This document shows, one piece after another, positions 1-10,050 of a stretch of 42,802 nucleotides of DNA. The first letter of the stretch is position 1; each line of letters opens with the position of its first letter. The notes below the pieces were generated by a model. It ran no database searches, was not told the origin of the DNA, and saw only the letters and a list, made by a program, of their open reading frames with translations. The position numbers and the translations under genes are program-made. Source of the stretch: a virus (lineage: Duplodnaviria; Caudoviricetes); the IMG/VR virus record IMGVR_UViG_3300046804_003963, positions 1 through 42,802 of that record; one strand, given 5' to 3'.

Positions 1-851
1 GGAGGTTCTGTATATCCAAATCCTGGATTTGTAATGAGAATTCTATCAATTGCAAGTTTTTGGTTGGCATATCTACTAGTCATAATCGCAACAGCAGTTG
101 CTGTTTGGCCTCCAGGACCAGCAGTAGATATAGAAACTGTAGGAGAAAAAGTATATCCAAAACCATCATTAATAAGATCGATATATTGAACTGATTTAGA
201 GTTTGGATCTGTTGTTGCAAATCCAACAGTTGCAACTGCTCCGGTTGCATCTGCACCAACCATTTGAATGGTATAAACATTTCCAAGATCTTTAATGGAT
301 TCATTGATCTCTATACCAGTAGGATCAACTTCAGGAACATCAATAATCTCATCCTCATATTCAAATCTTTCACATCTTAATTCATAGACATAGAGATTGT
401 TGAGTTGATAAAATGGTTTTTTACCTTCAACATATTTAATTTCAAATAATGACTCATCTAGAGGAAACCAAATTAAATCTCCCTCTTGTGGTCTATATGC
501 AACTTTTCTTTCATCTTCTGGCCATAATTTCAATAAAGGTGAAATGAAATCATCATATCTCTCCTTAGAAATTACAAGGTTAATCTCATCATTACTTCTA
601 ACTCCAAACTTACTCAATAAATCTCCATTACCACTGAATCCCTCAAAATTCATTAGATAAGCTTCTATACGAAAACTATCATCAAATTTTGATGCAGTAA
701 CTTCTTTGATGACCGTATTTTCGCCAATAATCCTTCTAGGCATGTATAGAACATCCTGTCCATACATTTTGAGTTGTTCGTTAATTAGATCTTGAATAAG
801 TCTTTGCTCACTCGGAGATCCTTGAAGAAAATAAGAATTGAGTGGTGACAT
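1..851 (-). CDS. gp14: T4-like neck protein gp14 (partial, runs off left edge; not in ORF track)
   Basis: ATG at 851 reads MSPLNSYFLQGSPSEQRLIQDLINEQLKMYGQDVLYMPR...FRIEAYLMNFEGFSG...RPQEGDLIWFP...FEIKYVEGKKPFYQL...YELRCERFEY, typical gp14 motifs. It lies directly downstream of gp13 and the frame stays open to the window edge. Confidence 0.9.
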   Translation of the reverse strand, partial: MSPLNSYFLQGSPSEQRLIQDLINEQLKMYGQDVLYMPRRIIGENTVIKEVTASKFDDSFRIEAYLMNFEGFSGNGDLLSKFGVRSNDEINLVISKERYDDFISPLLKLWPEDERKVAYRPQEGDLIWFPLDESLFEIKYVEGKKPFYQLNNLYVYELRCERFEYEDEIIDVPEVDPTGIEINESIKDLGNVYTIQMVGADATGAVATVGFATTDPNSKSVQYIDLINDGFGYTFSPTVSISTAGPGGQTATAVAIMTSRYANQKLAIDRILITNPGFGYTEP

Positions 852-852
852 A

Positions 853-1686
853 TCAACCTATGAGATCAAGTGGTGGTAATTCGTATTCATCCTTAAGTTG
901 TTGTTCCAATTTTTCCACTTCCGCAACACCATCGTCATAAATCTGTCTTCCATTCAACTGAACTCCACCTGGAAGTAGAACTCCATTGAATTTGATCATG
1001 TTCTGTCCCCATTGTTTCTTAATCAAAGCCGTGAGGTATTTCTTCAACCACCAATCGTTGTAGAGTTTTGGTGCATCTGAAGGATCTACGATCCTATAAC
1101 AATCAATAATCACATATTCATTTTCTCCAACCTGAGACCAATCAATATCAAGATATAGTTTATGGTTCTTTTTATTGAATCTAATCTGTGCATGGGGATT
1201 TAGGAGAAAATCCAAATCTTCAAGATATCTTTTGACCATTGCATAATTTAGAAGATCTAATGCACCATAATAGTAAACATCATTCAAAAATAACTGATAT
1301 TTAATATTAAAAAGACCGTCTGAAATTGTACTAGAATTGATTTTAAGAATATTATTTACACCAATAATAGAATCTGGAAGTGGAAGATAATTAACTCCTT
1401 CAACATAAGTTAGAGAAGTTAAACCAGCACCAACAACTTCTTGAGAAGATGTTGTTGCAGAACCTACTGGACCTGGTTGAGCTAAGGTTGTTTTAGTTGC
1501 AGGAGTGAGTTTATGTTTTAAAAATACACGATCAATGCCATCGAAATGACGCTCATGATAATACTGAATTGCATCGTCAATTAAATTATCAATCTGGTCG
1601 TCATCTACATTTATTTCTAAAACTGGCTTTCCTAGTTGTTTGAGGCAATAGTCTTTCAACTCCGCTCTACTAGATGGTTGCGCCAT
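853..1686 (-). CDS. gp13: T4-like neck protein gp13
   Basis: Motifs ELKDYCLKQLGKPVLEINVDDDQI and WLKKYLTALIKKQWGQNMIKFNGVLLPGGVQLNG. Start moved to ATG 1686 (MAQPSSR), downstream of a late promoter. Confidence 0.93.
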   Translation of the reverse strand: MAQPSSRAELKDYCLKQLGKPVLEINVDDDQIDNLIDDAIQYYHERHFDGIDRVFLKHKLTPATKTTLAQPGPVGSATTSSQEVVGAGLTSLTYVEGVNYLPLPDSIIGVNNILKINSSTISDGLFNIKYQLFLNDVYYYGALDLLNYAMVKRYLEDLDFLLNPHAQIRFNKKNHKLYLDIDWSQVGENEYVIIDCYRIVDPSDAPKLYNDWWLKKYLTALIKKQWGQNMIKFNGVLLPGGVQLNGRQIYDDGVAEVEKLEQQLKDEYELPPLDLIG

Positions 1687-1712
1687 AAAAAATACCCCTA
1701 GTCTTCTAAGGA

Positions 1713-1720
1713 TATTTATT
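1713..1720 (-). promoter_or_regulatory. T4-type late promoter (AATAAATA) for gp13/gp14
   Basis: One mismatch to TATAAATA, in the intergenic gap ~27 bp upstream of the gp13 ATG. Confidence 0.7.
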
Positions 1721-1724
1721 GTTA

Positions 1725-4700
1725 TTAAATAATGCAAACATAAGTTCTTGGTATCTGGAATGGGTTGTTAATTGTAGTACTACTTGTAGATTGGACATAA
1801 ATCGTCCCAACACCAATATATGTTGCTCTGGTAATACTCTCTTTGACTGTAGAAAGAGTAAATAGTTTTCCTGAAGATGTGGAGTAGTTATATACTTGTT
1901 TATTGTCTGAAGATCCAACAATAGTAATTCCACCAGAACCATCTGGAGATGGAATAAATTTAACATTTGGATAGACAAGCTCTCCAGACAGGGAAATTGT
2001 ACCAAGACCAACTTGTGTATAGGTTGCAATATTTCTCGTTTCAGCAGAAGAATTAAAGTATCCTGTTCCAATTCCAGAAGCAGTGAATAATCTATTAATA
2101 CTTGTTTCTGAAGAACCAGAAATAGTAAAGAGTGAAGTTGAAGATGGTAATATTTTAACTAAAGAGTTCGCAGAAACGGAGGAAACATTGATAGTTCCAG
2201 TACCATTATATGAATGTACTTTTCTACGCTCACCAGCAGCACCAAGAACAATAGATCCATATCCAAATACGGATTTGGTAATTTTTTCATCTGAAAGGGA
2301 ACCAGAAATTCCAATTGAACCAGAACCATTAAATGTATAAGTATTAATTTCTTTAGTAGAAGCGTTTCCGGAGATATTGAAGAGTTGAGTGTTTTCTGGT
2401 GGATTGACAGATAGAGCAAACCTTGCACTATTAAGATAATCTGAAGTTATATTCGTGGAATCACAAGTATCATAATCTTCATCTGTTACATATCTTACAA
2501 ATCTAAATCCACCAACGCCTGATAGTGGATAATCTGCTTCAAGTGTTGTAGAAGCAGAAGATGACAATGTAATTACACCACTTCCTCTTTCAGACTTAAA
2601 TAGTAAACTTGTAACATTTTTTCCAGATAATGTTGCAGTTCCAACTCCAATATAAGTAGAGGGCGTAAAAGATTCTCTCTTTGTTCCAGATATGACAAAT
2701 AAATTTGTTGATATTTGCGATTGTTTTTCAAATCTTTCTAATTTGGATCCAGAAAGGACGATAGAACCAGAACCACGATATGACTCTGTATTCTTTTCTA
2801 TACGAGTTGCGGAAAGAACTATGGAACCAGAACCAACATAAGATTCTGTATTCTTCTCTATGCGAGTTCCATTAATATAGATTATTCCAGAGGCTCCAGG
2901 ATTATTCTGGTCACCATAATATCCATATACTTGGATTTCTCTTGTTGATGATAATCCAGAGAATCTAGTGGTTCCTATTCCAGTATATCTTGACTTGGTA
3001 AATGATTCTAAAGCAGTTCCAGCTATACCAATTCCACCAAATGCACCAATTGGTAAAATAGATTGTGTCTTAGCTTGACCATAAATTACGATATTAGTAC
3101 TAATTCCAATATACTTGGATACTTTTGGTGCGAATATGGATCCACTTATAATAATAGTTCCAATGCCAGTATATGCTGGAGTATAATCTACATTAGGATG
3201 TACTAATGGTTTTCCACTAATTACTAATGTTCCTAGACCAACATAAGACTCAACATTCTTCTCTACCTCTACTCCAGAAATAACAATTGAACCAGAACCA
3301 AAATATCCAAGTCTAGTATATGACTCATTTAATGCCGAAGAAATTATTATGGTTCCTAAACCAATATGGGTTGCTGGTGTAATGGAGTTTCTGGCAGCAC
3401 CAGACAATGTAACTGTTCCTGTGCCAACATAAGACTCAGTGTTCTTCTCTGTCTTAATTCCAGATAGAACTATAGAACCAGATCCAATATGAGTTGTTGG
3501 CGTAATAGATTCTCCACCAATACCAGAAAGTACAACTGTTCCTCTACCCGCATAAGATTCGGTATTTTTCTCTGTCTTGATTCCAGATACAACTATAGAA
3601 CCAGATCCAAACCAAGAATTTGTAATCTGCAGGTTGTTAAATGATCCAGAAATTGTAAAGAGTGATACATTTTCTGGTGGATTAATTGTAAAGGATTCTA
3701 AAGCATAATTTGGTAGAGACTGTAATCCAACTCCTATGGATTCTGGATTATCTAAATTATTGTCAAATGTTAATGGAGAAACAGTAGCTACATTGAACTG
3801 AGCAAAGTTGAGGTAATCCTTATCAAAGGAGACATAAGTTGGTGATATATTATCATCAATATCAAATGCTGATCTAGTTTCATCAAATGTTCTTCCTGAT
3901 GGAAGGATATAACTTCTTCCAAAGGTTACAATTCCAACACCAATATAAGTTGTTGGTGTAATAGATTCTGCACCAATACCAGAGAATGTAACTGTTCCAG
4001 TACCAGAATAAGACTCTGCATTCTTCTCCGTTTTGATTCCAGAAACAATAATAGAACCAGAACCAACATAAGACTCCGTATTCTTTTCTACCTCTACTCC
4101 AGAGAGTGTTATAGAACCAATACCAACATAAGATTCGGTATTCTTTTCTACCTTGACTCCAGAGATGTTGATCGAGCCAGAACCAACATAAGACTCTGTA
4201 TTCTTCTCTACCTCTACTCCAGAGAGTGTTATAGAACCAGAGCCAACATAAGACTCTGTATTCTTCTCTACAAGAGCCCCAGAGAATGTTGCTGAACCAG
4301 AACCAACATAAGACTCTGTATTCTTCTCTACAAGAGATCCGGAAATACTGAAGAGTTGAATGTTCTCTGGAGTTTGAGCTACGAAAGCCTCTAGACCGTG
4401 ACTTGGTATAGACTGAATCACAGCCCCAACAGAAGCTGGATTCCTTAAGGTATTATCAAATGTTAATGGAGAAACAGTAGCTACATTGAACTTGGAGAAG
4501 TTGAGGTAATCCTTATCAAAGCTTGCATAAGTTGGTAGTGCATTACCATCAATATCAAATACGGCTTGAGTTTGGTCAAATGTCTGAAGAAGAGGAACTG
4601 GAGGAATATAACTTCTTCCAGGAATAATGGTTCCTGTTCCAACATAAGACTCTACATTCTTCTCTACCTCTACTCCAGAGAGAGTTATGGAACCAGAACC

Positions 4701-7700
4701 ACTCCAAGAATTTGTAGCCTTTAGATCGGTGTACGCTCCAGAGAATGTTGCTGAACCAGAACCAACATAAGACTCCGTATTCTTCTCTACCTCTACTCCA
4801 GAAATTGTTATAGAACCAGAACCAATATGAGTTGCTGGTGTAAACTTCTCTACAAGAGCTCCAGAGAATGTTGCTGAACCAGAGCCAACATAAGATTCTG
4901 TATTCTTCTCTACCTCTGCTCCAGAGAGAGTTATGGAACCAAAAGCACGATAGAAATACTTAGAAGCACCAGATTGTGCTCCTCTAATATTAATAGTTTC
5001 TGTTTCTTGAGGTGGTACTGAAGTTGTACTTTCTACACCAGATCCGGAAATACTGAAGAGTTGAATATTTTCTGGAGGATTGGCTACGAAAGCCTCTAGA
5101 CCGTGATTTGGTATAGACTGGAGTACAGCCCCAATAGAAGCTGGATTCCTTAAAGTATTATCGAATGTTAATGGAGAAACAGTAGCTACATTGAACTGAG
5201 CAAAGTTGAGGTAATCCTTATCAAAGGAGACATAAGTTGGTAGTGCATTACCATCAATATCAAATACGGCTTGAGTTTGGTCAAATGTCTGAAGAAGAGG
5301 AACTGGAGGAATATAACTTCTACCTGGTGTTATAGAACCAGAGCCAACATAAGACTCTGTATTCTTCTCTACCTCTACTCCAGAAAGAACAATTGAACCA
5401 GAACCAATTAAAGGACTTGTAACCTTAAGGTTACTATATCCTCCAGAGAATGCAACTGTTCCTCCTCCAACATAAGACTCTGTATTCTTCTCTACCTCTA
5501 CTCCAGAGAGTGTTATAGAACCAGAGCCAACATAAGACTCTGTATTCTTCTCTACAAGAGCTCCAGAGAATGTTGCTGAACCAGAGCCAACATAAGACTC
5601 TGTATTCTTCTCTATCTCTACTCCAGAGAGTGTTATAGAACCAGAAGCAACATAAGAATACTTGGATGTTCCACTCTGTCTTCCGCTGATTAGTATAGTT
5701 TCCGTCTCTTGAGGAGGTATTACCGAAACTTTCTCTACAAGAGATCCGGAAATACTGAAGAGTTGAATGTTCTCTGGAGTTTGAGCTACGAAAACTTCTA
5801 AACCGTGATTTGGTATAGACTGGAGTACAGCTCCAACAGAAGCTGGATTCCTTAAAGTATTATCGAATGTTAATGGAGAAACAGTAGCTACATTAAACTT
5901 ATCAAATATTAGATAATCTTTATCGAATGAGACATAAGTAGGCAGTTTATTTCCATCAATATCAAATACGGCTTGAGTCTGATCAAATGTCTGAAGGAGA
6001 GGAACTGGAGGAATATAACTTCTACCTGGTGTTATAGAACCAGAGCCAACATAAGACTCTGTATTCTTCTCTACCTCTACTCCAGAGAGTGTTATAGAAC
6101 CAGAACCAATTAAAGGACTTGTAACCTTAAGGTTACTATATCCTCCAGAGAATGCAACTGTTCCTGAACCAACATAAGACTCCGTATTCTTCTCTACCTC
6201 TACTCCAGAAATTGTTATAGAACCAGAACCAATATGAGTTGCTGGTGTAAACTTCTCTACAAGAGCTCCAGAGAATGTTGCTGAACCAGAGCCAACATAA
6301 GATTCTGTATTCTTCTCTACCTCTGCTCCAGAGAGAGTTATAGATCCAGATCCAATATAAGAATACTTGGATGTTCCGCTTTGTCTTCCGCTGATTACTA
6401 TTGTAGTAGTTTCTTGGGGAGGTATTACCGAAACTTTCTCTACAAGAGATCCGGAAATACTGAAGAGTTGAATGTTCTCTGGAGTTTGAGCTACGAAAGC
6501 CTCTAGACCATGATTTGGTATAGATTGAGTTTGAGCTCCAACAGAAGCTGGATTCCTTAAGGTATTATCAAATGTTAATGGAGAAACGGTAGCTACATTG
6601 AACTTATCAAATATTAGATAATCTTTATCAAAGGAAACATAAGTAGGTAACTTATTACCATCAATATCAAATACAGCTTGAGTTTGGTCAAATGTTTGTA
6701 CTAAAGGTACTGGTGGAATATAACTTCTACCTGGTGTTATAGAACCAGAGCCAACATAAGACTCTGTATTCTTCTCTGTGAAAGTTCCAAGAATACTAAA
6801 GAGTTGGATATTTTCTGGAGGATTAACTGTTACTCTAATAACAGCATAAGATCCTGATGGTAAAGAATTAACCTTACAAGAGGTATCATTAACTCTGAGT
6901 AAATTGGATGAACATCTAAAGGAATCCTTATAGAACAATCTACCAGAGCCAACATAAGACTCCGTATTCTTCTCTACCTCTACTCCAGAAATTGTTATAG
7001 AACCAGAACCAATATGAGTTGCTGGTGTAAACTTCTCTACAAGAGCTCCAGAGAATGTTGCTGAACCAGAGCCAACATAAGATTCTGTATTCTTCTCTAC
7101 CTCTGCTCCAGAGAGAGTTATAGATCCAGATCCAATATAAGAAATAGAAGCTGGTATTCCACCAGATCCATAAACATTAATAGTTCCTAAACCAGTATAT
7201 AATCCCTTACCAAATTTCTCAATTATAGATCCAGAGAAACTAAAGAGTTGAGTGTTCTCTGGAGTTTGAGCTACGAAAGCCTCTAGACCATGATTTGGTA
7301 TAGATTGAGTTTGAGAACCAACAGAAGCTGGGTTTCTCAGGGTATTATCAAATGTTAATGGAGAAACTGTAGATACATTGAACTTATCAAATATTAGATA
7401 ATCTTTATCAAAGGAAACATAAGTTGGTAACGCATTACCATCAATATCAAAGACGGCTTGAGTTTGATCAAATGTTTGTACTAAAGGTACTGGAGGAATA
7501 TAGCTTCTTCCTGGAATGATGGAGCCAGAGCCAACATAAGACTCTGTATTCTTCTCTACCTCTACTCCAGAAAGTGTTATGGAACCAGAACCAATTAAAG
7601 GACTTGTAACCTTAAGATTACTATATCCTCCAGAGAATACAACTGTTCCTGTACCAACATAAGACTCCGTATTCTTTTCTACTTCTACTCCAGAGATGTT

Positions 7701-9620
7701 GAGGGATCCGGAACCAACATAAGACTCTGTATTCTTCTCTACAAGAGCTCCAGAGAATGTTGCTGAACCAGAGCCAACATAAGATTCGGTATTCTTCTCT
7801 ACCTCTACTCCAGAGAGAGTTATGGAACCAGAAGCAATATAAGAATACTTGGATGTTCCGCTTTGTCTTCCGCTGATTACTATTGTAGTAGTTTCTTGGG
7901 GAGGTATTACCGAAACTTTCTCTACAAGAGATCCGGAAATACTGAAGAGTTGAATGTTCTCTGGAGTTTGAGCTACGAAAGCCTCTAGACCATGATTTGG
8001 TATGGATTGTAAATCCAATGCATCTACAGAAGCTGGATTTCTTAAAGTATTATCGAATGTTAATGGAGAAACAGTAGCTACATTGAACTTATCAAATATT
8101 AGATAATCTTTATCAAAGCTTGCATAAGTTGGTAGTGCATTACCATCAATATCAAATACGGCTTGAGTTTGGTCAAATGTTTGTACTAAAGGTACTGGTG
8201 GAATATAACTTCTACCTGGTGTTATAGAACCAGAGCCAACATAAGACTCCGTATTCTTCTCTACCTCTACTCCAGAGAGAGTTATGGAACCAGAGCCAAC
8301 ATAAGACTCTGTATTCTTCTCTACAAGAGCTCCAGAGAATGTTGCTGAACCAGAGCCAACATAAGACTCTGTATTCTTCTCTACAAGAGCTCCAGAAATG
8401 TTGAAGAGTTGAGTATTCTCTGGAGTTTGAGCTACAAAAGCCTCTAGACCATGATTTGGCGTGGACTGGAGTACAGCTCCAAAAGAAGCTGGATTTATCA
8501 AAGAATTATCAAATGTTAAAGGAGAAACTGTAGCTACATTGAACTGAGCAAAGTTGAGGTAATCCTTATCAAAGGAAACATAAGTAGGTAGTTTGTTTCC
8601 ATCAATATCAAATACAGCTTGAGTTTGATCAAATGTCTGAGTAGTAGGTACTGGAGGAATATAGCTCCTTCCAGGAATAATGGTTCCTGAACCAACATAA
8701 GACTCTGTATTCTTCTCTATCTCTACTCCAGAAATTGTTATGGAACCAGAGCCAACATAAGACTCTGTATTCTTCTCTACAAGAGCTCCAGAGAATGTTG
8801 CTGAACCAGAGCCAACATAAGACTCTGTATTCTTCTCTATCTCTACTCCAGAGAGTGTTATAGAACCAGAACCGATGTAGGATGAATATGCAATAGATTC
8901 TGGTGCAAAATTCGGAATTAATTGTCTACCGTTATTGCTAAAGGTATTTGGATCTTTTGCACCATTATCATAAGTTAATGGTAATAATGTAAGAGGATTG
9001 AATTGTGTGAATGCTAAGTAATCTTTATCAAAGGTAACAAAAATGGGTGGAGAATTATTTGAAGAGTCGTCAAATGTTGCGGTATTTGTCTCGTCAAAAG
9101 TTCTTCCCGGTAGTACTGATTTACCCGGCGTTATAGTACCAGAACCAAAATAAGATTCTCTACTTGTCTCGGTTTTGACTCCAGATATGGTTATAGATCC
9201 TGAACCAATAAATGATAATGTTTTCTTCTCAACAATGGTTCCAGAGACCGTGGCAAGTGTACCAGAAGCAATATATGGTATAGTTGTATTTTCTGACTTT
9301 GCTGCAAAGAGTGTAATATATCCAGAACCACTTGTAGAATTGGATTGACTCTTATTGGCAAAACTTGGATTTGGCTGATCTTGCGTATCAAAAGTTACTT
9401 GTAATTTATTTCCAGAATCAAAAGTAGTTGGTATTGAAGCGGAACTATTATTTTTACTATTACTAAAATCTAAAGTTGGTAATGTTTTATCAAAAGAACT
9501 TACTGATGCATCCACATAGGAAATTGCATCAAAAGTAGTTTTAGTATTATCAAATAAATTATTTTTATATACTGTACCCGGTCTTACTGAACCAGATCCC
9601 GAATAATTAAAAATAGTCAT
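1725..9620 (-). CDS. Giant repetitive virion structural/fibre-like protein (~2631 aa)
   Basis: Uninterrupted ORF of 20-aa repeats (EKNTESYVGSGSITLSGVEV) with inserted TFD-rich modules. ATG 9620 has a GGAGG Shine-Dalgarno and overlaps the upstream stop (ATGA). It lies within the structural operon. Confidence 0.85.
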   Translation of the reverse strand: MTIFNYSGSGSVRPGTVYKNNLFDNTKTTFDAISYVDASVSSFDKTLPTLDFSNSKNNSSASIPTTFDSGNKLQVTFDTQDQPNPSFANKSQSNSTSGSGYITLFAAKSENTTIPYIASGTLATVSGTIVEKKTLSFIGSGSITISGVKTETSRESYFGSGTITPGKSVLPGRTFDETNTATFDDSSNNSPPIFVTFDKDYLAFTQFNPLTLLPLTYDNGAKDPNTFSNNGRQLIPNFAPESIAYSSYIGSGSITLSGVEIEKNTESYVGSGSATFSGALVEKNTESYVGSGSITISGVEIEKNTESYVGSGTIIPGRSYIPPVPTTQTFDQTQAVFDIDGNKLPTYVSFDKDYLNFAQFNVATVSPLTFDNSLINPASFGAVLQSTPNHGLEAFVAQTPENTQLFNISGALVEKNTESYVGSGSATFSGALVEKNTESYVGSGSITLSGVEVEKNTESYVGSGSITPGRSYIPPVPLVQTFDQTQAVFDIDGNALPTYASFDKDYLIFDKFNVATVSPLTFDNTLRNPASVDALDLQSIPNHGLEAFVAQTPENIQLFSISGSLVEKVSVIPPQETTTIVISGRQSGTSKYSYIASGSITLSGVEVEKNTESYVGSGSATFSGALVEKNTESYVGSGSLNISGVEVEKNTESYVGTGTVVFSGGYSNLKVTSPLIGSGSITLSGVEVEKNTESYVGSGSIIPGRSYIPPVPLVQTFDQTQAVFDIDGNALPTYVSFDKDYLIFDKFNVSTVSPLTFDNTLRNPASVGSQTQSIPNHGLEAFVAQTPENTQLFSFSGSIIEKFGKGLYTGLGTINVYGSGGIPASISYIGSGSITLSGAEVEKNTESYVGSGSATFSGALVEKFTPATHIGSGSITISGVEVEKNTESYVGSGRLFYKDSFRCSSNLLRVNDTSCKVNSLPSGSYAVIRVTVNPPENIQLFSILGTFTEKNTESYVGSGSITPGRSYIPPVPLVQTFDQTQAVFDIDGNKLPTYVSFDKDYLIFDKFNVATVSPLTFDNTLRNPASVGAQTQSIPNHGLEAFVAQTPENIQLFSISGSLVEKVSVIPPQETTTIVISGRQSGTSKYSYIGSGSITLSGAEVEKNTESYVGSGSATFSGALVEKFTPATHIGSGSITISGVEVEKNTESYVGSGTVAFSGGYSNLKVTSPLIGSGSITLSGVEVEKNTESYVGSGSITPGRSYIPPVPLLQTFDQTQAVFDIDGNKLPTYVSFDKDYLIFDKFNVATVSPLTFDNTLRNPASVGAVLQSIPNHGLEVFVAQTPENIQLFSISGSLVEKVSVIPPQETETILISGRQSGTSKYSYVASGSITLSGVEIEKNTESYVGSGSATFSGALVEKNTESYVGSGSITLSGVEVEKNTESYVGGGTVAFSGGYSNLKVTSPLIGSGSIVLSGVEVEKNTESYVGSGSITPGRSYIPPVPLLQTFDQTQAVFDIDGNALPTYVSFDKDYLNFAQFNVATVSPLTFDNTLRNPASIGAVLQSIPNHGLEAFVANPPENIQLFSISGSGVESTTSVPPQETETINIRGAQSGASKYFYRAFGSITLSGAEVEKNTESYVGSGSATFSGALVEKFTPATHIGSGSITISGVEVEKNTESYVGSGSATFSGAYTDLKATNSWSGSGSITLSGVEVEKNVESYVGTGTIIPGRSYIPPVPLLQTFDQTQAVFDIDGNALPTYASFDKDYLNFSKFNVATVSPLTFDNTLRNPASVGAVIQSIPSHGLEAFVAQTPENIQLFSISGSLVEKNTESYVGSGSATFSGALVEKNTESYVGSGSITLSGVEVEKNTESYVGSGSINISGVKVEKNTESYVGIGSITLSGVEVEKNTESYVGSGSIIVSGIKTEKNAESYSGTGTVTFSGIGAESITPTTYIGVGIVTFGRSYILPSGRTFDETRSAFDIDDNISPTYVSFDKDYLNFAQFNVATVSPLTFDNNLDNPESIGVGLQSLPNYALESFTINPPENVSLFTISGSFNNLQITNSWFGSGSIVVSGIKTEKNTESYAGRGTVVLSGIGGESITPTTHIGSGSIVLSGIKTEKNTESYVGTGTVTLSGAARNSITPATHIGLGTIIISSALNESYTRLGYFGSGSIVISGVEVEKNVESYVGLGTLVISGKPLVHPNVDYTPAYTGIGTIIISGSIFAPKVSKYIGISTNIVIYGQAKTQSILPIGAFGGIGIAGTALESFTKSRYTGIGTTRFSGLSSTREIQVYGYYGDQNNPGASGIIYINGTRIEKNTESYVGSGSIVLSATRIEKNTESYRGSGSIVLSGSKLERFEKQSQISTNLFVISGTKRESFTPSTYIGVGTATLSGKNVTSLLFKSERGSGVITLSSSASTTLEADYPLSGVGGFRFVRYVTDEDYDTCDSTNITSDYLNSARFALSVNPPENTQLFNISGNASTKEINTYTFNGSGSIGISGSLSDEKITKSVFGYGSIVLGAAGERRKVHSYNGTGTINVSSVSANSLVKILPSSTSLFTISGSSETSINRLFTASGIGTGYFNSSAETRNIATYTQVGLGTISLSGELVYPNVKFIPSPDGSGGITIVGSSDNKQVYNYSTSSGKLFTLSTVKESITRATYIGVGTIYVQSTSSTTINNPFQIPRTYVCII
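3200..8890. repeat. Hierarchical coding tandem repeat: 60-bp unit nested in a ~705-bp super-repeat
   Basis: The 60-bp register is visible at 4081-4330. FDID(G/D) module anchors lie at 3853, 4546, 5251, 5953, 6658, 7438, 8143 and 8599 (spacings 693, 705, 702, 705, 780, 705, 456). 6181-6360 is identical to 6961-7140. Confidence 0.95.
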
Positions 9621-9967
9621 TTTAGGATCCTCCAATTATTACGAGGATCACCCACCAACCAAGGAGCTACCATTAACTTATTTTTTGATTTCATCTCAAA
9701 AACAGTTCCGGATCCAATCCAAAATGGAACTATTTTTGATTTAAATTCTGTTCTGTTTATATTTTTAGATGCAACAAATTGTATTGATGTTGATTCTCCA
9801 CCAACAACAATAACTCCCCCAGATTGATAGGAGAATATAACTGGAATTGATTGTATGTCCGAGGATGGAAGAATTCTTATTTGATAATCAAAAGTTATTT
9901 TTTTATGATGATTATGATCGGAATCAAATGTGCAAAAACTTCCATCAAAAGTTGCATCTTCGTACAT
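9617..9967 (-). CDS. Hypothetical structural protein (116 aa) with TFD and W/YxGSG motifs
   Basis: Fills the gap between the terminator and the giant gene, with an ATGA overlap. Shares TFD and FWIGSGTVF motifs with the giant protein. Confidence 0.7.
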   Translation of the reverse strand: MYEDATFDGSFCTFDSDHNHHKKITFDYQIRILPSSDIQSIPVIFSYQSGGVIVVGGESTSIQFVASKNINRTEFKSKIVPFWIGSGTVFEMKSKNKLMVAPWLVGDPRNNWRILK

Positions 9968-9982
9968 TCATTTTATCTCTTT

Positions 9983-10017
9983 AAAAAGGGGGAACTGCTT
10001 TAAAGCAATTTCCCCCC
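9983..10017 (-). terminator. Rho-independent terminator after the 335-aa gene
   Basis: Minus strand GGGGGGAAATTGC-TTTAAA-GCAGTTCCCCC-TTTTT: a GC-rich stem plus U-tract ~35 nt after the stop. Confidence 0.85.
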
Positions 10018-10050
10018 ACAGATTAGTAATCTAATAATTAAAAAGAAGAA

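Noticed and set aside
80-304. 74-aa minus-strand ORF
   Set aside because: Alternative frame inside gp14; the gp14 frame carries the recognisable motifs.
1687-1737. Longest-ORF N-terminal extensions (gp13, also 9635, 12435, 37267, 42574)
   Set aside because: Downstream ATGs have better Shine-Dalgarno, promoter or overlap context, and the extensions run through promoters or neighbouring genes.
3200-8890. Tandem repeats as a CRISPR array or a DGR template/variable pair
   Set aside because: Units are multiples of 3 within one ORF, have no unique spacers and no evident adenine-specific variation, and no cas or reverse transcriptase gene is in the window.
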